NCBI GenBank assembly: GCA_963797975.1
Contig: CAWCRH010000006.1
Coordinates: 347,967 to 411,966, forward strand
Source of the DNA: an uncultured Thermoplasmata archaeon
Lineage (GTDB): Archaea; Thermoplasmatota; Thermoplasmata; Lutacidiplasmatales; UBA184
Reading direction: 5' to 3'
Length of the DNA stretch: 64,000 bases
Made by a program: the position numbers and the translations under genes. Of the stretch, positions 39,899-47,930 are shown in pieces; position 1 is the stretch's first letter, and every line of letters starts with the position of its first letter. The notes under the pieces are model-generated. The model worked only from the letters and a program-made list of their open reading frames with translations, searched no databases and was not told where the DNA came from.

Positions 39899-40015
39899 GT
39901 TGGGCCTCGGACGGGGCGAGCGTTCGGCGCTACATCAATATGTTGACTGGAAAAATGGACGATTGTCCAATATTGATATGGGAGGCGTTATCTTGTAGTG
40001 TCATCTTGGGTAACC

Positions 40016-40522
40016 ATGGGACGTTCGTCCATGCTCGACGACCTTGACCGCGCGATTCTCGAGGAACTGAACGTCGACGCGCGGAGAAGCCATCGGGAGA
40101 TTGCCCACCGGCTCAAGGTCTCCCCCACCACCGTCAGCGCCCGCATCGACCGGCTCGAAGGCCAAGGCGTGATCCGCGGCTACGTTCCAATCCTGGACGA
40201 CGAGCTCCTCGGCTGGGACCTCGGGGCGACGATCGGCATCCGGATCTCGAAGGGGCGCCTACGTGAGGTCGAGGAACAGCTCGCCCGGGATCCCCACGCC
40301 TACGCGATCTACGACCTCACGGGAGAGTACGATGCGTTGCTCATCGGACGGTTCCGTGACCGGCGGGACCTCGACCGCTTCGTGAAGCATGCTCTCCAGA
40401 ACCCGCACGTCGAGCGTACGAACACCCAAGTGGTGCTCAACCGGGTCAAGGAGGACCGACGGGTCCCCGTGACACTGCGTTCCTCCTCCGTTCGGGATTC
40501 GATGCCGGTCCGGGTCGTCTGA
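40016..40522 (+). CDS. Lrp/AsnC family transcriptional regulator
   Basis: LDDLDRAILEELNVDARRSHREIAHRLKVSPTTVSARIDRLEGQGVIRGY is the HTH, followed by a RAM-like domain. Possible starts are 39998 (GTG), 40016 or 40031 (ATG). Confidence 0.85.
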   Translation: MGRSSMLDDLDRAILEELNVDARRSHREIAHRLKVSPTTVSARIDRLEGQGVIRGYVPILDDELLGWDLGATIGIRISKGRLREVEEQLARDPHAYAIYDLTGEYDALLIGRFRDRRDLDRFVKHALQNPHVERTNTQVVLNRVKEDRRVPVTLRSSSVRDSMPVRVV

Positions 40523-40593
40523 CCCGCGACGGGACGTGGGTCGGGTAACGCCTAATAGGGAGGCTTCCCCTCGTGCCTCCGCAGGGAGGCAAC

Positions 40594-41418
40594 ATGGACT
40601 GGGGTCTCCGCAACCGGATCAGCCGCATGTTCCCCGGGACGAGCGGGAACACGGTCATGCTCGCGGTCGACCACGGCTACTTCATGGGACCGACGCGCAA
40701 GCTCGAGAACGCGCGCGCGACGATCGCGCCCCTCGTGAACCACGCGGACGCGCTCGCGCTGACCCGAGGCATTCTTCGGACCTCGGTCCCTCCTACGATC
40801 ACGACCCCGATTGTCTTGCGGGTCTCGGGCGGGGCTACCATCCTCAAGGAAGACCTCTCGGACGAGGAGATCACCGTCGGGATGGAGGACGCGCTGAGGC
40901 TCAACGTGAATGCGGTCGCTCTGAGCGTGTTCGTCGGGTCGCCCCACGAACATGACTCCCTGGTCCATCTGGCACAGCTCGTCGACGGGGGCGAGGAGGT
41001 CGGTATGCCCGTGATGGCGATCACCGCGGTCGGCAAGGAGCTCGAGAAGCGGGACGCCCGTTACCTGGCTCTCGCCTGCCGTGTTTCGGCCGAGCTCGGA
41101 GCCCACCTCGTCAAGACCTACTACTGCGAGGAGTTCGAGAAGGTAGTCGAGGGCTGTCCCGTGCCCATCGTGGTCGCCGGGGGTCCCAAGCTCGATACGG
41201 AACGGGCCGTCCTCGAACTTGCTCACGACGCCATCGCGCTCGGAGCCCACGGTATCGACATGGGCCGCAATGTCTGGCAATCGGACAACCCGGTCGCGAT
41301 GCTGAAGGCGTTGCGCGGCATCGTCCATGAGCGCGCGAGCGTGGTGGAAGCGCTCGACGTGCTACGGCACGAGAAGTCCCGGGCCGCGCCCCCGGCACCG
41401 ACCATCTCGCCGTCGTAG
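40594..41418 (+). CDS. Class I aldolase of the DhnA/FbaB/LsrF (DeoC-superfamily) type
   Basis: VMLAVDHGYFMGP...NAVALSVFVGS...GAHLVKTYY (Schiff-base Lys context)...PIVVAGGPK...GIDMGRNVWQ. Confidence 0.7.
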   Translation: MDWGLRNRISRMFPGTSGNTVMLAVDHGYFMGPTRKLENARATIAPLVNHADALALTRGILRTSVPPTITTPIVLRVSGGATILKEDLSDEEITVGMEDALRLNVNAVALSVFVGSPHEHDSLVHLAQLVDGGEEVGMPVMAITAVGKELEKRDARYLALACRVSAELGAHLVKTYYCEEFEKVVEGCPVPIVVAGGPKLDTERAVLELAHDAIALGAHGIDMGRNVWQSDNPVAMLKALRGIVHERASVVEALDVLRHEKSRAAPPAPTISPS

Positions 41419-41510
41419 AGCGGGCCGTCGCCCGAATGAGAAGGCATTCGCCCGTTGGACGGTGTGCGCCTCGCAGGCGTCATAACCCCGGTTCGACTCA
41501 CTCCCCATGC

Positions 41511-41595
41511 GCGGGGATCGCCCAGCCTGGTCAAAGGCGCCAGATTCAGGGTCTGGTCTCGTAGGAGTTCGTGGGTTCAAATCCCTCTCCCCGCA
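41511..41595 (+). tRNA. tRNA-Leu (anticodon CAG), class II with a long variable arm
   Basis: Hand-folded. The acceptor stem pairs GCGGGGA with TCCCCGC. The anticodon stem pairs CCAGA with TCTGG, with loop TTCAGGG. The variable arm is TCTCGTAGGAGTTC. The T-arm is GTGGG-TTCAAAT-CCCTC with one U-U mismatch. Confidence 0.85.
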
Positions 41596-42398
41596 CTCGA
41601 ACTTTTCGGCGAATCCCGGGCTTTGATTTCCGACGGCTCATGCGTACCCTTCGTCCCGATAACCGTCGTGCGGGAAACCCTCCGGTCGAGTATGGGACAA
41701 CCTCGATCCGACCGTATGCGGCACGGTCGACCACCACGGACCGCTCTTCCGCGCTGGGGTTGCGTAACGAGACAAGAAGGCCATCGACCGGGGGCCGGCC
41801 GGACCATCGCCCGAATCAGGTCGTGGCGCGTGATGATACCGACCAGGCGCCCGTGCTCAACCACGGGCAAGCGATTGATTTCGTGCTCCCGCATGACCTC
41901 GGCGGCGGAGTCGAGTCGGGCCTGCGGCCCAATCACGAACGGGGGCGCGGACATGACCTCCCCGACCCGGGTGGTCTCGAGTTTCTCCAGTAGATCCTTC
42001 AGTGACTCCAGCGGCTGGTGTTCGAAACCCGACATCAGCATGTTGAGAATCCCACGGACCTCCGGGGAACCAGCTCCACCCATCATCACCCGGGCGAGAT
42101 CCCGTTCGCTGATGACGCCCACCACCGTGCCGGCCGCACCGACGACCGGGAGCCCAGAGGTGCCCCGGCTGCGCAGCAGCGCGACGGCTTCGAACAGCGT
42201 GGCGTCGGCTCCGATGGTGACCGCGGGCGAGGTCATGACATCGGAGACGCGGACGTGGACCGACCGGGTGCGTGGTTCCGCGGTCCCGGACGCTCGGGTT
42301 TCCCGGGAGTCGGCGCGACCGCCTTGCTGGACCGGCCGGGCTCGGCGAGCCGGGGGCCCGGCCCTCGTGGCTCGATGGGCGGTGCGCGAGGTAGGCAT
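41577..42398 (-). CDS. CBS-pair domain protein (both termini uncertain)
   Basis: There are two CBS repeats (VSDVMTSPAVTIGADATLFEAVALL...GLPVV...GVISERDL and VGEVMSAPPFVIGPQARLDSAAEVM...RLPVVEHGRLVGIITRHDLI). The Arg-rich N-terminal ~46 aa and C-terminal ~70 aa look non-native. The 3' end overlaps tRNA-Leu antisense by 19 nt. Confidence 0.6.
   Translation of the reverse strand: MPTSRTAHRATRAGPPARRARPVQQGGRADSRETRASGTAEPRTRSVHVRVSDVMTSPAVTIGADATLFEAVALLRSRGTSGLPVVGAAGTVVGVISERDLARVMMGGAGSPEVRGILNMLMSGFEHQPLESLKDLLEKLETTRVGEVMSAPPFVIGPQARLDSAAEVMREHEINRLPVVEHGRLVGIITRHDLIRAMVRPAPGRWPSCLVTQPQRGRAVRGGRPCRIRSDRGCPILDRRVSRTTVIGTKGTHEPSEIKARDSPKSSSAGRGI
41585..41596 (+). repeat. Left copy of the 12-bp direct repeat CTCTCCCCGCAC (3' end of tRNA-Leu)
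   Basis: It is identical to 46898..46909 on the same strand. Confidence 0.6.
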
Positions 42399-42593
42399 GG
42401 TCTATCAATCCGTTGGGTGATGTGGGATGGCTCTCGGTTCATATTGCACTTTGCGTCGACAGGTTCCCGATCGGGCGGAGGCACTCGGACGGGCGGGGCA
42501 AGCGGCCGCTCCGAGGGGAGGATGAACGACGCCCCCGCTCCGGGAACGCCGGCATCCATCTCAGTTTCCGCCCGACCGCCGCTCGGAACTCGC

Positions 42594-43059
42594 TCAGATT
42601 CTTCCGTAGATCCCCATGAACTCGGCCCTTTCGATGGACTTGGCACGGGCCGCCGCTTCGACCTCCTTCGCGCCGAGACCCGGGGCAGCGCCCAGAGACT
42701 CGCGTAGCGCGTAGAGTCGGAAGAAGTAACGATGCGGCTTCCCGGGTGGTGGGGACGGGCCACCGTCAGCCGGTCCTCTTCCAACTGTTCCGCCCCTGAC
42801 GGCTACCATCGAAAAGGATTGCGTCCGTGGCGACTCCTTCGGGGAGTCCCTTCGCAGTTCCGGGGATGTCGTAGATGACCCAATGGACCCACGTCCCCAC
42901 CGGGGCATCCGGGTCGTCGCAGATCAAGACGAACGACTTCGTTCCGGGGGGAATCCCTTCAAAGAGGAGCGGCGGTGAGAAGTCGGCCCCATCGCCCGTG
43001 TACTTCTTCGGGATGACCCCTCCGTGCTTCCACTGCGGCGAACTTACCCTAAGCGTCAT
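42594..43059 (-). pseudogene. PEBP/YbhB family protein, interrupted by a +1 frameshift near 42766-42770 as assembled
   Basis: The N-part is MTLRVSSPQWKHGGVIPKKYTGDGADFSPPL...LICDDPDAPVGTWVHWVIYDIP...GRNSWKRTG. The C-part, GGPSPPPGKPHRYFFRLYAL, lies in the +1 frame (track ORFs 42766..43170 and 42594..42908). Confidence 0.8.
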
Positions 43060-43225
43060 CGTTCCTCGGTCTGTCCTGTCCGCAGCGCGGTTGGCGTAGA
43101 CCGGGTTCCAGTGGGTCCAAGCGCTACGGCAAATCAAACGTTCGGGTCGGGTGACTTCGCCGAGGCGCACTACGCTTGCGCGCCGATCAGATAGACGATT
43201 GGGCGCGCAGGGAGGAGAGTCGTGT

Positions 43226-43738
43226 TTAGAGCTCTCGGACGATCTCGCCGAGAGGGCGTCGGGAGGTCGCTTCGGGGATCTCCGCCCCGTGACCGACCGG
43301 TACTATGGCGATGGGTCGCAGCTTCATCTCCCCGCAGACGGCGCTGACCTTGGAATCATCGAAAGCGCCGACCCATGCGCTAGAGAGACCTTCGCTCGTA
43401 GCCGCGAGGATGGCGTACGCCGCCGCGATCGTCGCATCCTGGATGGCGTACAGGGACGCACCTCGTTTCCCGTATGTCACGGCCGAACGGTCGGAATCGG
43501 CAAAGAAGACGAGGTCGAGCGGAGCCTGAGCGAGGAAATCCTGGTCGCCCGCCGCCGCGGCGAGGGCCCGTCGCTTCAGGACGCGGCGTACGATGTCAAT
43601 TCGGTACGCCTGCAGGTTTCCCGCCGACGGAGCTCGCGAGACGGCGTGGAGGATCCGCTCGAGAACCGCGGGGTCGACAGGGTTCGCTGAGTACGCGCGG
43701 ACCGAACACCGACGCTGGATCAGCTCGTAAAACTCCAT
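43226..43738 (-). CDS. Nitroreductase family protein
   Basis: MEFYELIQRRCSVRAYSANPVDPAVLERILHAVSRAPSAGNLQ is a classic nitroreductase N-terminus. The ATG at 43736-43738 lies inside the track ORF. Confidence 0.8.
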   Translation of the reverse strand: MEFYELIQRRCSVRAYSANPVDPAVLERILHAVSRAPSAGNLQAYRIDIVRRVLKRRALAAAAGDQDFLAQAPLDLVFFADSDRSAVTYGKRGASLYAIQDATIAAAYAILAATSEGLSSAWVGAFDDSKVSAVCGEMKLRPIAIVPVGHGAEIPEATSRRPLGEIVREL

Positions 43739-43873
43739 GAGCCCACCTCGGTCGGGTCGACTGATCACCGAAGACTTAGCGTAAGGATCAACCGGTTCTG
43801 AGAGCGAGTCCGAGGGGTAGCCGTTTCGTCGGCAGATCTTAGTAGCTTCGGACAACGATTCGGCCGTTCCCCC

Positions 43874-44875
43874 CTATTCGAACGCTCGGGCCGGCGTCCT
43901 CCAACGTTTGCGGGTGGTGACGGCACCAGTCAGTGTGTCGACGTGCGCGACCACTCCGGCCGCGCGACCCCAGAAATTCATCTCCAGCGAGTACCAGAAG
44001 ACGTCAAAACCGCCCGGCCCGTGTCGAACCTCGGCAAAGGGGTGAGTCTCACCCAAGATCCAGCTCGAGGCGAATGCAGGGGCGTAGCTTCGGGCCAAGG
44101 CTTCTGAGGCGTCTTTGATGGGCAGAGACTCAGAAACCGCCAAGGGGACTTCTACCGCGCGCGGGGGAGACTCAACCCCTCGAACCAGATGGTAAGGAAC
44201 GAACTCGAACTTTCGGTAGACGTCGGTCTGCTCTTCTTGGAACAACACGAAGGCGAGCGGGTTTCCCTGGGGGATGACCGCGGTGCAACCCTCCCGGCGT
44301 TGAACGATGCCCGCCCTCCAGCGTCCCAGGATCCGGATGACGAAGTACGCCGCCGCCGTCACGAGCAAGGCATCGGTGGTGACGGTCCAGAGCTCAACGG
44401 ATACGCGACCACGCTCGTAGATTAGCAACCCGTATGCGAAGACCGTGAAGGCCATCGACCCGATGTTCACGATCCGGTCGACGTCGAACTTGTATTCCTT
44501 CGAAGAGAACGGGGCGAAGATTGGGACGGACCAGTGGTCAAGAGAGTCCAGGAACACGTGCGATAAGCCGCCGACCTCCAGCGCAACGAAGAACACGAAG
44601 GTGGAGCCGCTCGAGTAGCTGGGACCCAACCCCCATGCCATTACCGGGGGGACGACGAGAGAGCCGACGGCCGCGATGATGGTGACCCCTACGATCGAGT
44701 GGGAGATTCCGCGGTGACGGAGGAGCGGAAATCGCTGGGAGAGCGGATACAGTGCAATGTCCGCGTCGGGGAGAGCGCCCCCGATCGCCGCGGCCACTAC
44801 GTACTGGAGGCCGGCCGAGCCCCAGATGCCGAACCCCAGGAGGTATCCCAGCAGGAGGTGGCTGAACGGATCCAT
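43874..44875 (-). CDS. Membrane-bound metal-dependent hydrolase-like protein (YdjM/DUF457-type N-terminal domain)
   Basis: MDPFSHLLLGYLLG...ALPDADI...HRGISHS fits the DUF457 pattern, with several TM helices and an extra soluble C-terminal ~150 aa. Confidence 0.6.
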   Translation of the reverse strand: MDPFSHLLLGYLLGFGIWGSAGLQYVVAAAIGGALPDADIALYPLSQRFPLLRHRGISHSIVGVTIIAAVGSLVVPPVMAWGLGPSYSSGSTFVFFVALEVGGLSHVFLDSLDHWSVPIFAPFSSKEYKFDVDRIVNIGSMAFTVFAYGLLIYERGRVSVELWTVTTDALLVTAAAYFVIRILGRWRAGIVQRREGCTAVIPQGNPLAFVLFQEEQTDVYRKFEFVPYHLVRGVESPPRAVEVPLAVSESLPIKDASEALARSYAPAFASSWILGETHPFAEVRHGPGGFDVFWYSLEMNFWGRAAGVVAHVDTLTGAVTTRKRWRTPARAFE

Positions 44876-45103
44876 ACGAGAGTTTTCCAGGGAGGAACCC
44901 AAGGTTAAGAAACTGTCTTGAAACGGTGGGTGCGCGAATGGGGACCGCCCCACTACCGTGCTGCGTCGGCGTCGAGCACCCCGGAAGCTCCTATCGCCAC
45001 TACGCCGGTTCGGCGCCGATGCTCGGGTACGAACCCGGGTTCGAAATCGGATCGCTGGTAGAGTTCATCCCCCCGGGCTCATTCGGACCACGGGAGCACT
45101 TTC

Positions 45104-45709
45104 ATGGTGTCGCTGGGAGACATCGTCACGTACCTCAGCGCGATCAGCGCCATCGCGGTCATCCTAGGCGTCGGCTTCGTGGTCGTGCAGCTCCGTCAGA
45201 ACGCGCGAATCCTCCAGGCCACCCTGCGCCAGCAGCGATCGGACGTAACTGTCTCGTTGATTGAGCGTATCACCGACCCATCGTTTCCCCAGAGGCGCAG
45301 CCGCATGCACGCGGTCGTACGTCAATTCGTCGAGACAGGCTGGAAGGACGCGTTCGAAACACCTGACGATTTTGAGATTAGGAACTTTGCCTACATCTAC
45401 GAGCTCATCGGCGTCATGGGTAAGCACGGCCTCATCGACGTCGACATTCTCACGGACGTGCTCCAGTACCTGGTTGTCAGGGACTGGCAGATTTTCGAGC
45501 CCCACGCTACCTTCTTGAAGGCAAAGTACGGGGTTTCGTACAGTCCCTACTCCAATTTCGCGTGGCTCGCAAAGGAAACTGAGCGGCGGCTCGGGCCCTC
45601 CGGTATCGGGCGATTGTCGAGAGGTTCGGAGAGCTCCGCCCCGGTCGGCGCAGCAGTCCCGCACTCACCAGGCGTGAGTAGAGTTCGACCGCGGTTTCCG
45701 ACGGGGTAA
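45104..45709 (+). CDS. N-terminally membrane-anchored hypothetical protein, DUF4760-like
   Basis: There is one N-terminal TM helix (IVTYLSAISAIAVILGVGFVVV). FEIRNFAYIYELIGVMGKHGLIDVDILTDVLQYLV resembles my recollection of DUF4760, but this was not verified. Confidence 0.45.
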   Translation: MVSLGDIVTYLSAISAIAVILGVGFVVVQLRQNARILQATLRQQRSDVTVSLIERITDPSFPQRRSRMHAVVRQFVETGWKDAFETPDDFEIRNFAYIYELIGVMGKHGLIDVDILTDVLQYLVVRDWQIFEPHATFLKAKYGVSYSPYSNFAWLAKETERRLGPSGIGRLSRGSESSAPVGAAVPHSPGVSRVRPRFPTG

Positions 45710-45900
45710 ACGGACCCCTTTCGGACAGCTTCGACGTGCCGGAAGGAGGGAGCCCTCTTTTGCGATGCACTCTTCCTCACCTCAACTCCACGGGCTCGGT
45801 CACCACCGAAACGTCACTCCGTGGGCCGAGGTGTGAGCCGGACCCATTCATCTTAGCATCGTTCGTGGGCTCACCACCGGGTCTCCTTCTTCTGTAACAG

Positions 45901-45919
45901 TATACATAAAATATATTAT
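45901..45919 (+). promoter_or_regulatory. AT-rich TATA-box-like element upstream of the wHTH gene
   Basis: TATACATAAAATATATTAT sits in an otherwise GC-rich context and is centred ~32 nt upstream of the ATG at 45942. This spacing fits an archaeal TATA box with a leaderless or short-leader transcript. Confidence 0.55.
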
Positions 45920-45941
45920 CACGAAGTGACATTACACGATT

Positions 45942-46259
45942 ATGCGAATGGACACCCTCTTCGGAAGTAAGGTGAGAGCCGGTGCTCTCGAAACCTTGGC
46001 TTCAACATCCAAGCCGCTCACGGCCTATCGAGTGGCCAAGGTGATCGGGGCGCAGCCGATCCAGGTCTTGACCATCCTCAAGTCCCTACAACCAGATGTG
46101 GTGCGACGGACCGACGAAGGCTGGGTCCTGAACAACGACGCACTCCGGCGCTTCCTCCGGGACGAAGTGACCCAGCGGGAAGCGGAAGTGCGAACGGAGA
46201 AGGATGAGTTGCTAACTCGCTTGGGACTAAGGCCGAGGTTCGGGCGTGGACGCCGCTGA
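45942..46259 (+). CDS. Small winged-helix DNA-binding protein (putative antitoxin/regulator)
   Basis: 105-aa ORF. RAGALETLASTSKPLTAYRVAKVIGAQPIQVLTILKSLQPDVVRR...GWVL has a wHTH pattern. It overlaps the next gene by 14 nt. Confidence 0.6.
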   Translation: MRMDTLFGSKVRAGALETLASTSKPLTAYRVAKVIGAQPIQVLTILKSLQPDVVRRTDEGWVLNNDALRRFLRDEVTQREAEVRTEKDELLTRLGLRPRFGRGRR

Positions 46260-46794
46260 ATTCGCCCGAGTGATTCGAAAGGCACGAACCGCCGAGGACC
46301 GGATTGCGTGGTTCGGCGCTCTCCTCGCAAGCGAGACCCGAACGGCGGTCGAGGTGGTCGGAGGCTCGGCCATCGAAATCTATCTCTCTTCGGCGTCCTA
46401 CGTTTCTCAAGACGTTGATCTGGTGGGAGATTCGACCGCGATCGAATCCGTCCTGCGCCGATGGGGTTTTCGGCCGGTAGAGGGGAGGAGCCACCGGACC
46501 TACTGGACCGACGGGTCCGTAGGGTTGGTGGACCTCGTCGGACCTATGGACCGCTCCGGCCTTCCGCCGCGCAAGGTCACAACACCCTTTGGGCCGGTGA
46601 CCCTGAGCGCGCCGGAACCACTCATCATCCGCCGTCTTATGCGCGCGGACCGGGAAAACTCGGCGGAGCTCTTTCGCCAGGCGGTTGCGCTGGCCCGGCT
46701 GGGGAATCTGGATTGGGAGTATCTCCGCAGTGAAGCTCGCTATGAGCAGGTCGAGCCGCAGCTCAGGAGACTCCGAAAACTCATCGGACTCTGA
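46246..46794 (+). CDS. Minimal nucleotidyltransferase-fold protein (MNT/AbiEii-like candidate)
   Basis: 182-aa ORF. VVGGSAIEIYLSSASYVSQDVDLVG matches the pol-beta-type NTase signature G[GS]x9-13DxD. Confidence 0.55.
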   Translation: MDAAEFARVIRKARTAEDRIAWFGALLASETRTAVEVVGGSAIEIYLSSASYVSQDVDLVGDSTAIESVLRRWGFRPVEGRSHRTYWTDGSVGLVDLVGPMDRSGLPPRKVTTPFGPVTLSAPEPLIIRRLMRADRENSAELFRQAVALARLGNLDWEYLRSEARYEQVEPQLRRLRKLIGL

Positions 46795-46897
46795 CCAGGA
46801 CTCGTCCGGACCCTTCTCAGAGGAGGTGTCCTGCTCCGAGAGCTCAGTTCATCACTTCAAGGGTAAGTAGTGAACTTTGGAACTTTGCTGCTATGCG

Positions 46898-46909
46898 CTC
46901 TCCCCGCAC
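46898..46909 (+). repeat. Right copy of the 12-bp direct repeat CTCTCCCCGCAC
   Basis: It is identical to the tRNA-Leu 3' end at 41585..41596. It lies in the intergenic DNA between the NTase gene and the ABC permease gene. Confidence 0.6.
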
Positions 46910-46958
46910 CTCCTCGGCGCGTGGGAGGGTCGGCGCTCAAACGCGCGACGTCCGTGCT

Positions 46959-47930
46959 CTACGGTAGCAGGGGTTCAGGTTCGCGGGACGAGGCTTCCAG
47001 GATTTCCGGTGGGGTCGGAAGGGCTGGCATGGCGGTGACCCGAGAGCGCGTGCCCCCTGTCGAGGTCTCCCGCCATGGGAACAGGCACGCCATGAACGGA
47101 AGGAGCCGTACGATGACGTAGATGACGAAAACGATGGTGACGATGAAGAAACTGGTGGGTTCAATCTCGTAGAACCCGATGAAGATTCCGGCCCACGTCG
47201 CGAACAACGCAACGGCCACGGAGATCATCACCGCAAACAGCGGTCGCTTTGCGAGCCGAAAGCCGATCGCCGCCGGCGTCACGGTGAGTGCGAAGATGAG
47301 GAGGACGCCGATGATGGTGACCGCGATCGAGATCGCCACGGCCAGAGCGAGCATGAAAATGACGCCGAGCACCAGCGTGTGCATTCCTTTGGCTTCGGCG
47401 ACGTCCTCATCCAGGGAGGCGAACAGGAGCTTTCGATACACGAGCCCGAGCACCACGAGGACGGGCAAACTCGCTTCGAGCGTGAACAGCACTTGGCTGT
47501 TGCTGATGCCTACGATGTCCCCGAACAGGATCGAGTAGGCCTCCGTAGCGTATCCGTTGTAGAAACTGAGGAAGAGCAGCCCGAGGCCGAGCATGAAGGC
47601 GAGCACGGTTCCGATCTCCACATCGCGATGGGAGGCCTTCTGGCCGAGCAGGGCGATCCCGCCGCCGGAGACCGTCGTAAACAAGAGCAGCCCGTAGAGA
47701 GGGTTCACGCCAATGAGCACCGCGCCGGCCGCACCGGAGAATCCCACATGGCCGAGAGCATGGGCGGCGAAGGAGGAACGACGCAACACCACGAGATAAC
47801 TGACGATGCCGGCAACGATGGCGATGATCGTCCCGGCCTCGAAGGCGTTGCGCACGAATTCGTACTGGAGCATGTAGCGAAGGTCACCGACGATGTTCCA
47901 GTCCCACCAGACCCACTGGAGGTTCGTCAT
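46959..47930 (-). CDS. Metal (Zn/Mn) ABC transporter permease, ABC-3 family
   Basis: 323-aa, highly hydrophobic ORF with 8-9 TM helices. It has an ATGA-type overlap with the upstream ATPase gene. The C-terminal ~45 aa tail may be over-extended. Confidence 0.8.
   Translation of the reverse strand: MTNLQWVWWDWNIVGDLRYMLQYEFVRNAFEAGTIIAIVAGIVSYLVVLRRSSFAAHALGHVGFSGAAGAVLIGVNPLYGLLLFTTVSGGGIALLGQKASHRDVEIGTVLAFMLGLGLLFLSFYNGYATEAYSILFGDIVGISNSQVLFTLEASLPVLVVLGLVYRKLLFASLDEDVAEAKGMHTLVLGVIFMLALAVAISIAVTIIGVLLIFALTVTPAAIGFRLAKRPLFAVMISVAVALFATWAGIFIGFYEIEPTSFFIVTIVFVIYVIVRLLPFMACLFPWRETSTGGTRSRVTAMPALPTPPEILEASSREPEPLLP

Noticed and set aside
41455-41510. GGTTCGACTC T-loop-like string and a small hairpin (CGAATG-AGAAGG-CATTCG near 41433-41450) upstream of tRNA-Leu; possible second tRNA or intron-containing tRNA
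   Set aside because: I could not fold a cloverleaf on either strand, because no complementary T-stem or acceptor stem exists. It is more likely tRNA leader or terminator sequence.
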